The position numbers and the translations under genes were made by a program. Below the pieces are notes generated by a model that was given only the letters and a program-made list of their open reading frames with translations, was not told the origin of the DNA and ran no database searches. Of a DNA stretch of 48,151 bases, positions 9,509-17,220 are shown piece after piece. Source of the stretch: Nitrospinaceae bacterium (GTDB lineage Bacteria > Nitrospinota > Nitrospinia > Nitrospinales > VA-1); NCBI GenBank assembly GCA_029261675.1, contig JAJDBA010000173.1:1-48151 (forward strand), read 5' to 3'. Each line of letters starts with the position of its first letter. Position 1 is the stretch's first letter.

Positions 9509-12156
9509 TATCCTTCCTCCTCATTTTCAAAATCACGTTCTCTGATTCTACAAAGGCTATCCAGATCGCAGTTTTTGCAGGTTTCTTGGTTCAAGGCGGG
9601 TTCGATGACAGCTCGTCCTGATAAGAACTCGTTGGAAAGAAGTTCTATTTTGTTTTTCCAAAGTTCAAGGAGATCGTTCCATTCAGAAACTTTAGCTTCT
9701 TTGGTATAGTTAGTTGCCTTAAAGCCTGAAAAATCTATGGATGAATCTTTAACTCCCTTGAACTCAATTTGTCCTTTTTTAATTTTTCCGAATGCAACTA
9801 CAGAAGGAGAAATGAGTGTGGAATAGAGAGGCAGTTGTGGTGCTATGATTCTTTCTTTTAGCCAGTCTCCAGGCTTTGCTTCTCCACTTTTATAATCTAT
9901 CAAGACATGTTTTTTGTCAGCGATCTCATCAACTCGATCAATTTTTAGATTTAAAGTTAATCCGTTGATCTTTGCTGTTTCAGATTTTTCTGGTTTGAGT
10001 ACAGTGAAATCATTTCGAACTAATTCAAAATTTATAAGCCATTCTAAAGCTAAATTTTGATTTCTGATTTTCTCCATTTTCAAAAACTCGGGTTGATCCG
10101 GTAGGGATTTGCAAACTACATCCGCGGCTTCCTCAACACATTTCTGGACTTCTATTTCAAGCTGATTGGATTGGTAAAGTTTTTCCAGTTTCTTCCGGGT
10201 TTGAATTTTTTTCCAGAATAGCTCTAATATGAGGTGAATTAAATTTCCACGAACCAATGGATCAAAATCTGTATCGGGGATTTCACTTTTCTGGGCATGA
10301 AGCCTGTGTCGAACGAATGCGCGAAAAGGGCAGTCTGACTGATTTTTAAGTAAACTTGCTCCACCACTCTTCTTTCCTTCTTTAAAACGATATTTTTCAT
10401 TTTCAGTGAAGGGCAGCACTGGCGTTTCTACGAATGGCTCGGGCTTTGTTGCGTTGCAGATTTGGTCTTTGTACCTTGCTGATGGCAAGACGAAACTATT
10501 TTCATGGGGGAAATACTTAATCAAGGGGCTGGGTTCCTGAATATTATCCTTTTCTTGTGACGGATAACTAAAAACAATATCTTTTGAAGATTTTAATATA
10601 GCTGTCAGATGTTGCTCGCTATTGTCGAGCTCCCATTTCGCATTTGAGCGAGGAAGATTAAACTTCTTTCTGAATACGGAGGGAATCAATGAATTTGGTT
10701 CAGGGGAGGGGGGGAGGCTTTCGGAATGGCAGCCCATTACCCAGGTGTGGTCAAATTTCATTCCCGGGCATTCTGAGAGTTGAATGACTTGAATGAGATG
10801 ATCTCGGTTTTTTTCAGGAAACAAAAAGTTCTGGGCTATGCTGAATAATTTATTAACTGCTGCAATGCGATGAATTTTGCCCACTATATGATTCAGGGAA
10901 GCCAGTTGGTCGAGACAGTTTTTCCAGGACTCGAACACCTGATTTTCTTTATGCGTTATTTTTTCTTCATTTTTTTCGGGCCAGTTCATTTCCTGCAGGA
11001 GTAAATAAATTTTAGTTGACCAATGGCTTGGAAGATCGAATTGTTTTATCAGAACCCAATTTTTCCAAGCGATTACAAACTTGTGAAGCTCTGATGAGTC
11101 TTCAAAATTAAATTGTGCCTCGAGCTTGTTAAGGTTTATGGTCACCAATCTCTTATTTCGAAGAGTTTGTTCCATTGTTAAAGCGGCACTTTTGTCTGAA
11201 TGAAATATTGAAGTTCTGATGATTGAATAAAATATTTCTGCGGGAATATCGCAGCTAGGTGTTTCTAGGATTTGAAAAATTAGGTTTATAGGGGTGGTTT
11301 GATTGAGCGGGGACCCTTGAGAAACATTGAAAGGAAGTTCGGATTTGTTGTCTGGAAAAATAGACGCAGGGGATAATTCCGCTGCCAATTCTCTTTGTAG
11401 AAGAGAACGATAGTTTTCGAGTTCGGGGACTATTATTCCAAAGCGTTTTCCTGGTTGACTGAGTTTTCTGATCCATCTCGCACAGGTAATTGCCTCCTGA
11501 ATTTTATCATCGAATTTCTGGACTAATGTATGAGTGATTTCTTTAGTAAGGGAAGTTTTATCTGAAAAATCCAATCGGTTGGAAAAATCTATTTTGGTTT
11601 TAACACCTTTACGTTCCATGGCATCCAGAAGTCGCTGGAATTGTGGAGATTTTATTTCGAATCCTTGGAAAGAGATGGTTTGAGGTAAATCAATTCTTTC
11701 TGCATCGATAAGCTCACTAACCTGATCTATTATTTCCACAGCGTCCAGAGCATTCCACTGGAGCAGTTGGTTTTGGTATATTTGCACCCATTTATGGAAG
11801 GAGATGGTTTCCAGTGTTTCTTGGTAATCGTCCTTAGACTTGGGTAGTCTATATTCGTGGATGAGTGTATAGGCTTGGTAAGCCTGGGAAGCCGCAGCTT
11901 TTCGATGCAGTAAACTTAGCTTTGTTGAATTGGAATCACTGTTGATTATCTTTTCCCAAAGCGATTCAGATTGAAGTTTGCTGAACAGGTGTTTTTCCGG
12001 CCAGGTAGCCAGCCAGACTTGTTTCAGCCAAGCGGCGAGGGGAAGGATTTGCGAGGTTTCCCAGACTTTTTTCTGCTTTTGCCGGTCATCGTATTCAAGC
12101 ATGAGCCAGCGGGCTAATCGATTGCTCGCAGTTAAGACTAGAGGGTTATCAGCCAT
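9508..12156 (-). CDS. addB: addB-like PD-(D/E)XK nuclease subunit of an AddAB-type double-strand-break helicase-nuclease
   Basis: 882 aa. C-terminal RecB-type nuclease 'HVLIDYKSGEAK...IAPQLPLYS'. Cysteines are arranged like the AddB iron-sulfur staple: 'CPFRAF' upstream and 'CKNCDLDSLC' at the C-terminus. No N-terminal Walker A. Stop overlaps the addA start. Confidence 0.8.
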   Translation of the reverse strand: MADNPLVLTASNRLARWLMLEYDDRQKQKKVWETSQILPLAAWLKQVWLATWPEKHLFSKLQSESLWEKIINSDSNSTKLSLLHRKAAASQAYQAYTLIHEYRLPKSKDDYQETLETISFHKWVQIYQNQLLQWNALDAVEIIDQVSELIDAERIDLPQTISFQGFEIKSPQFQRLLDAMERKGVKTKIDFSNRLDFSDKTSLTKEITHTLVQKFDDKIQEAITCARWIRKLSQPGKRFGIIVPELENYRSLLQRELAAELSPASIFPDNKSELPFNVSQGSPLNQTTPINLIFQILETPSCDIPAEIFYSIIRTSIFHSDKSAALTMEQTLRNKRLVTINLNKLEAQFNFEDSSELHKFVIAWKNWVLIKQFDLPSHWSTKIYLLLQEMNWPEKNEEKITHKENQVFESWKNCLDQLASLNHIVGKIHRIAAVNKLFSIAQNFLFPEKNRDHLIQVIQLSECPGMKFDHTWVMGCHSESLPPSPEPNSLIPSVFRKKFNLPRSNAKWELDNSEQHLTAILKSSKDIVFSYPSQEKDNIQEPSPLIKYFPHENSFVLPSARYKDQICNATKPEPFVETPVLPFTENEKYRFKEGKKSGGASLLKNQSDCPFRAFVRHRLHAQKSEIPDTDFDPLVRGNLIHLILELFWKKIQTRKKLEKLYQSNQLEIEVQKCVEEAADVVCKSLPDQPEFLKMEKIRNQNLALEWLINFELVRNDFTVLKPEKSETAKINGLTLNLKIDRVDEIADKKHVLIDYKSGEAKPGDWLKERIIAPQLPLYSTLISPSVVAFGKIKKGQIEFKGVKDSSIDFSGFKATNYTKEAKVSEWNDLLELWKNKIELLSNEFLSGRAVIEPALNQETCKNCDLDSLCRIRERDFENEEEG

Positions 12157-12233
12157 TTGCGAACCATTGTAGATTTTTATTTTTTGGTTGGTTAAATCCT
12201 GATGCTATGAACACAGGGGTAAAAAGGAATGAG

Positions 12234-12671
12234 TCAGGGCGTATCTTGAACCCAGACCTCTCCATGGGTCGTGGTTTCTCTCTTCCAGATGGGGGTGACA
12301 CGCTTGAGTTCGGCGATGGCCCATTCGCAGGCTGTAAATGTTTCTTTGCGATGCTCTCCTACGGCAACGATAAGGACAATATTTTCTCCAATTTCTATTG
12401 GCCCGATTCGGTGAATGATGCTCATATCGATGATGCTGTGATCTTTAATGGCTTGTTGGCGGATTTCTTCCAGTTTTTTTTCAGCCATCTTCGGATAATG
12501 TTCAAAATTAAGCTGGGCAATGTTTTGCCCCTTGGAAAGTTCTCTTCCCGTGCCTAAAAAAGTTGTGATGCCGCCAATATTTCGCGACACTTTTTTCATG
12601 GCCTCAATCTCATCAGTAACTGAAAAGTTTTCCAGTTGGATTCTTATTTTGGAGTCTGTAGTCGTGCTCAT
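12234..12671 (-). CDS. moaE: Molybdopterin synthase catalytic subunit MoaE
   Basis: 145 aa. 'IVAVGEHRKETFTACEWAIAELKRVTPIWKRE' matches the conserved MoaE HR...F...lK...PIWKkE region. Lies downstream of moaD. Confidence 0.9.
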   Translation of the reverse strand: MSTTTDSKIRIQLENFSVTDEIEAMKKVSRNIGGITTFLGTGRELSKGQNIAQLNFEHYPKMAEKKLEEIRQQAIKDHSIIDMSIIHRIGPIEIGENIVLIVAVGEHRKETFTACEWAIAELKRVTPIWKRETTTHGEVWVQDTP

Positions 12672-12688
12672 AAAGTTACCTTTAGTTT

Positions 12689-12940
12689 TTAAGATCCACC
12701 TGAAAAAGGTGGCAGAAAAGCCACTTCATCTCCGTCATGTATGACGGTGTCTGCATCGGCCATTTCTTGATTGACCGAGATCATTATTTTATTATCCCGG
12801 ATGATATCACCCATTTTAGGGGACGTTTTAGAAATGATATCGCTCAATTGATCCATGGAAATGGAACTTTGAACTTCAATTTGTTCCTCTTCTTTTTCGG
12901 CAATCGCTTTCAGACTGGCGAAAAACTTTACTGTGATCAT
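12689..12940 (-). CDS. moaD: Molybdopterin synthase sulfur-carrier subunit MoaD (ThiS/MoaD beta-grasp), with one residue after the Gly-Gly
   Basis: 83 aa. '[11 protein letters not shown]...' and '[15 protein letters not shown]' before the stop. Overlaps the moaC stop by 4 nt (ATGA). Confidence 0.85.
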   Translation of the reverse strand: MITVKFFASLKAIAEKEEEQIEVQSSISMDQLSDIISKTSPKMGDIIRDNKIMISVNQEMADADTVIHDGDEVAFLPPFSGGS

Positions 12941-13446
12941 TGCCCCACACTTTCTTTTTCATAAGTACCGGATTTTCCGCCAGACTTATGCAGCAATCCT
13001 ATTTTGTCGAAATACATGCCTCGGTCCACGGCTTTACACATATCATAGATAGTCAATGCGGCGGTAGACACGGCTGTCAATGCTTCCATTTCAACACCGG
13101 TTTGTCCGGTCACTTTCACGGTTCCGGTGATGGTGATGGAGCATAATCCTGTTTTCGGATCGGGCTCATTGTTTTTCTCGAAGCTGATATCTATTCCTGT
13201 CAATAAAAGAGGATGACACATGGGGATAATCTCATGGGATTTTTTTGCACCCATGATTCCTGCGACTTGGGCCACAGCCAGAACATCGCCTTTTTTAATC
13301 TGCCCTTCATTGATAAGTCGAAGGGTCTCGGGTTGTAGATATATCTCCCCAGTGGCTACGGCTTTGCGGGAGGTGATGCCCTTATCGGAAACATCGACCA
13401 TGCGAGCTCGGCCTTCTTCATTGAAATGTGTTAATGGATTATTCAT
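12937..13446 (-). CDS. moaC: Cyclic pyranopterin monophosphate synthase MoaC
   Basis: 169 aa. '[18 protein letters not shown]', '[22 protein letters not shown]', '[23 protein letters not shown]'. Confidence 0.92.
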   Translation of the reverse strand: MNNPLTHFNEEGRARMVDVSDKGITSRKAVATGEIYLQPETLRLINEGQIKKGDVLAVAQVAGIMGAKKSHEIIPMCHPLLLTGIDISFEKNNEPDPKTGLCSITITGTVKVTGQTGVEMEALTAVSTAALTIYDMCKAVDRGMYFDKIGLLHKSGGKSGTYEKESVGQ

Positions 13447-13496
13447 ATAAAATGATTGTACCTCAACTGAAGTAGCAGGGGCAACCGTTATAGATT

Positions 13497-13844
13497 TTAA
13501 TCGATTGGTGGTTCATACAGACCGAAAATATTACCCTCAGGGTCTTTGAATCGTGCCAGTTTGCCATAAGAATGGATTTCTACTGGCTCCAGAATTTGGG
13601 CACCAAAACCTTCTAAACGGTCTATATATTTTTGCATCGGTTTTGCCATAAAATAAACTATGGCACCTGCATGTTCTTTTTGTAGTAAAGTTTCCTTCTT
13701 TAGGGCGAACCTCTGCCCTTCAAGTTTGAATTCAGCCCAGTCTTCTCGATGAAACAAAGGTTCAATTCCTAAAACCTTTTGGTAGAATTCCACAGCCCGG
13801 TCCAGATTGGCAACGGGATAAGAAACAAAAGCAATTATCATCAT
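13497..13844 (-). CDS. VOC (glyoxalase/bleomycin-resistance/dioxygenase) superfamily protein
   Basis: 115 aa. '[23 protein letters not shown]' and '[18 protein letters not shown]' are typical of the beta-alpha-beta-beta-beta VOC fold. Confidence 0.75.
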   Translation of the reverse strand: MMIIAFVSYPVANLDRAVEFYQKVLGIEPLFHREDWAEFKLEGQRFALKKETLLQKEHAGAIVYFMAKPMQKYIDRLEGFGAQILEPVEIHSYGKLARFKDPEGNIFGLYEPPID

Positions 13845-13849
13845 TTTAT

Positions 13850-14755
13850 TTGGGTTTTATATTGTCCATTGAGAGCATCAGTCTAATCCTTTTATCCAGT
13901 ACCCTGCACTCGTTCTGGAACATATTGACTCAGACCAGCAAAAATTCCCAGTTCTTTTCGGGACTGAAAGGGGTGTGGATCATATTCATGGGAATTGTTG
14001 CCCTGAACTGGATAGGGCCTTCCATCTGGAATCGCGAATTGCTCTTTTGGGGAGCCGTGTCGGGAATACTTCATGGCGTCTATATTCTATGTCTCTCTCG
14101 CGCCTATAAAACTCAGGATATATCTTATGTCTATCCGATAGCCCGATCAGCACCCGTTTTTGTTCCTGCTTTTGCTTGGTTTCTATTGGGGGAAAAGCTG
14201 GACTCTGTAACAATACTTGCCATAATTCTTATTGTAACGGCTATTTATATCCTGCATTTTGATGGTCATCTGATTCGTGGATTCAGAAATTTATGGCAGG
14301 CGATTCAGCACAATGACCTGCGCTGGGCATTTTATACATTGGTCATGGTGGTCAGCTACAGTCTGGTTGATAAAAAGGGCATGGATCTTTTTCAGATCCA
14401 TTGGCCCGACCAACCCTTCGTAAACGGAGCTGCCTTCTTTTTTATGGAAGCGACGATTGGCTTCATCCTGTGTAATTTATATCTATTTTCCAATCATACA
14501 AAAACTGAGATTCTGGGCCTATGGAAAGCAGAATGGCTGAAGGGATTATTAGCGGCCATAGCTACTCTGGGATCGTATGGCCTGATTTGTGTCGTACTGC
14601 AATTTGAATCGGTGAGTGCAGTGGTCTCCCTGAGACAGGTGAGCGTTTTAATGGTGGTTTACTGGGGCTGCTGGAAATTGGGCGAACCTCTGGGAAAACA
14701 ACGCTTATTAGCGGGAGGTTTAATATTAGCGGGTGTTTTTCTTATAGGTCATTGA
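13850..14755 (+). CDS. EamA/DMT-superfamily membrane transporter
   Basis: 301 aa, about 10 hydrophobic helices in two halves, C-terminal 'GEPLGKQRLLAGGLILAGVFLI' typical of EamA repeats. TTG start only 5 nt from the divergent VOC start, so the start is uncertain. Confidence 0.7.
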   Translation: MGFILSIESISLILLSSTLHSFWNILTQTSKNSQFFSGLKGVWIIFMGIVALNWIGPSIWNRELLFWGAVSGILHGVYILCLSRAYKTQDISYVYPIARSAPVFVPAFAWFLLGEKLDSVTILAIILIVTAIYILHFDGHLIRGFRNLWQAIQHNDLRWAFYTLVMVVSYSLVDKKGMDLFQIHWPDQPFVNGAAFFFMEATIGFILCNLYLFSNHTKTEILGLWKAEWLKGLLAAIATLGSYGLICVVLQFESVSAVVSLRQVSVLMVVYWGCWKLGEPLGKQRLLAGGLILAGVFLIGH

Positions 14756-14759
14756 TTTG

Positions 14760-14787
14760 TTGACAAGAGGATGTATGGTGCTAATTT
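14760..14787 (+). promoter_or_regulatory. Candidate sigma-70 promoter for the cheY-like/cheC/kinase operon
   Basis: TTGACA (14760-14765), 16-nt spacer, TAATTT (14782-14787) preceded by TGc (extended -10 pattern). Confidence 0.4.
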
Positions 14788-14904
14788 AGATGTTATACTC
14801 CTAAGGTAAATCTAGGCTAAGGAGATATCAGGTAATCAAATTAAAAAGTTTTTGGTTATATTGATGCTTAATAGAGAAATAAGGGAAATATTGGGGAGAC
14901 CAAA

Positions 14905-15282
14905 GTGGCAAATATTGTAATCATTGATGACTCTAATTTTCAGCGGAAAATTATAACAAAATTTGTTAAAGCCGAAGGTCATGAAATCTTTGAAGGCGCG
15001 AATGGAAAGATTGGCTTGGAGCTAATCGCAACTCATAAGCCAGATGCTATTTTATGCGATTTGGTGATGCCCGAAGTGGATGGTTTTGAAGTACTGCGTA
15101 AATTACAAGAGCAGGGCTCAAATATTCCAGTCATCATTCTTACTGCTGATATTCAAGCACCAGTACGCGAGCAATGTATGCAATTAGGTGCAAAAAAATT
15201 CCTGAACAAACCCTTCAATCAAAGCCAGATGCGAGAGGCTTTAAATGAGATTTTAGGGACTGTAGCAGAGGATTCCCAATGA
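14905..15282 (+). CDS. CheY-like single-domain response regulator
   Basis: 125 aa. 'IVIIDDS', 'ILCDLVMPEVDGFEVL', 'VIILTAD', 'KFLNKPF'. GTG start 5-6 nt after GGGGAG. Stop overlaps the next gene (ATGA). Confidence 0.9.
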   Translation: MANIVIIDDSNFQRKIITKFVKAEGHEIFEGANGKIGLELIATHKPDAILCDLVMPEVDGFEVLRKLQEQGSNIPVIILTADIQAPVREQCMQLGAKKFLNKPFNQSQMREALNEILGTVAEDSQ

Positions 15283-15893
15283 AATTGACAGATAACCAAC
15301 TTGATGCCCTTGCTGAACTTTTTAATATTGGAGTAGGCAAGGGTGCAGATAATTTGAATCAGATGCTGGATTGTCAAATTCAGATCCGAGTACCACATCT
15401 TGAAGTCTTATCTTTAAATGGGTTAAAAGAACAATCGCAAAAGCTTGCACCTAAAAATGTTTCAACAATCAGTTTGCAATTCGATGGATCTATTTCCGGT
15501 AATACAATGTTGGCTTTCCCGACTCAAAGCGCCCAAAAACTGGTTGCAGCTTTGACAGGAGAAGAACCCGGTTCCCCTGAACTAGACTCTGTTACTGTGG
15601 ATACCCTATCGGAAGTTGGAAATATTATTGTTAACTCGGTTATGGGCTCTATTACTAATTTCTTTAAACAGCGTCTAGACTATTCTGTTCCGAACTATGC
15701 TGAAGATACGGTTCATAATCTAATATCCTCGCATGTAAAGGAGTCAAACTACCCAATCATTATGGCGAAAGCCGAATTTTCGATAGAAAACTTGGAGATT
15801 CAAGGTGAAATCATTCTGGTTTTTAGTGTGGGTTCTCTTGAAGTTTTAATCGAAGCCATTGAAAATTTTGGAAGTAGTTCGGAGGAAGATTAA
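15279..15893 (+). CDS. cheC: CheC-family CheY-P phosphatase
   Basis: Two exact copies of the CheC active-site pattern D-x3-E-x2-N-x22-P: 'DALAELFN' + 22 residues + P, and 'DTLSEVGN' + 22 residues + P. Confidence 0.88.
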   Translation: MKLTDNQLDALAELFNIGVGKGADNLNQMLDCQIQIRVPHLEVLSLNGLKEQSQKLAPKNVSTISLQFDGSISGNTMLAFPTQSAQKLVAALTGEEPGSPELDSVTVDTLSEVGNIIVNSVMGSITNFFKQRLDYSVPNYAEDTVHNLISSHVKESNYPIIMAKAEFSIENLEIQGEIILVFSVGSLEVLIEAIENFGSSSEED

Positions 15894-15907
15894 AATTTTA
15901 TACTTTC

Positions 15908-17065
15908 ATGAATCAATTTAAAGGGTCTGACAGTTTTATTTGCCAAAATTTTAGCTTCCTTGATTTTGTTCCAATAGGAGCTTTTATTTTGCGGAATGAT
16001 TATTCCGTTATTTTCTGGAATTCATGTGTTGCAAGGTGGGCAGGAATACCCAAGGAATCTATTCTAGGAACCTCAATTTTAGACCATTTTCCTAATTTAA
16101 AAAAGCACCAGTACTCAAATCGTATTAACGCCATTTTTGATGGTGGTCCCCCGGCGATATTTTCTTCAAAGCTTCATAAGCACCTAATTTCTTGTCCTAT
16201 AGTCGATGGAGGATTTCAAACTCACCAGACAATCGTTACAGCCATTCAGGATAAAGAGAACGATGTAACTTATGCGCTTTTCACGCTTCAGGATCTAACT
16301 GATGCAAACAAACAAATTTCTAAATTTAAATCTATTAAAGCAAAACTTGCCGCAAAAGAACGTGAATTAGAAAACACACTTCAAGAAGTTAATAAAGCTA
16401 ATGAAGAGCTTGAACGCTTTGCGTATGTAGTTTCGCACGACCTTAAAGCCCCTCTCCGAGGGATACATAATCTGATCAAATGGATAGAGGATGATCTGAA
16501 AGGAACCGGTGTTGGAAAATCTAAAAACTTCGAACTTTTGCAAGCTCAAGGTGAAAGAATGACCAGTATGATTGATGGTATTCTCAACTACTCAAAAGTG
16601 ACTAGTGGCCCATTAAAGATGGAAAAAGTTGATGTGCAAGAATTGTTAAATGAGATTGTTGACGAGATTGCTATTCCTGAGGACTTTGTAATTAAGTTTT
16701 CAACACAACTGCCTGTTCTCATTTCTCATAGAATAAAGTTGAAGCAGGTGTTTTCAAACCTTATCAGTAATGCAGTTAAGTATCATAATCGTTCGAATGG
16801 CTTGATTGAAATTTCGGCCAACGAAAAAGATGAAGAATTTGAATTCACAGTTAGAGATGATGGTCCTGGAATTGCTCCCAGATATCATAAGCATATTTTT
16901 GAAATATTTCAAACTATCGAAGCAGACTCTAAATTGAAAAGTTCAGGTGTGGGACTTGCAATTGTAGCAAAGATCATAAATGACTTTAAAGGAACTATAG
17001 ATTTGGACTCAGATGTTGGAAAAGGAGCAGTTTTTAAATTTTCACACCCAAAACTCAAAAATTAA
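15908..17065 (+). CDS. Cytoplasmic PAS-domain sensor histidine kinase
   Basis: N-terminal PAS-like region, coiled coil, H-box 'FAYVVSHDLKAPLRG', N-box 'VFSNLISNAVKYH', G-boxes 'DDGPGI' and 'SSGVGLAIVAKI'. Confidence 0.88.
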   Translation: MNQFKGSDSFICQNFSFLDFVPIGAFILRNDYSVIFWNSCVARWAGIPKESILGTSILDHFPNLKKHQYSNRINAIFDGGPPAIFSSKLHKHLISCPIVDGGFQTHQTIVTAIQDKENDVTYALFTLQDLTDANKQISKFKSIKAKLAAKERELENTLQEVNKANEELERFAYVVSHDLKAPLRGIHNLIKWIEDDLKGTGVGKSKNFELLQAQGERMTSMIDGILNYSKVTSGPLKMEKVDVQELLNEIVDEIAIPEDFVIKFSTQLPVLISHRIKLKQVFSNLISNAVKYHNRSNGLIEISANEKDEEFEFTVRDDGPGIAPRYHKHIFEIFQTIEADSKLKSSGVGLAIVAKIINDFKGTIDLDSDVGKGAVFKFSHPKLKN

Positions 17066-17220
17066 ATTCCTCAAGTTTTCGCTCTCTCTTAGTGTTTAAA
17101 TAAAAACGCTGTCCTGATAATTGCAGATTAAAAAAAATTAACTAAAAATTTAGAAAGACCTCTATATAATTGAGTAGTGATTTTGCTACGTCAGTCTTAT
17201 TTGAAAAATAATTTCCGGAG

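Noticed and set aside
13447-13496. Moco riboswitch upstream of moaC
   Set aside because: Only 50 nt separate moaC from the preceding gene. That is far too short for the Moco RNA motif of about 130 nt, and no matching conserved stems were seen.
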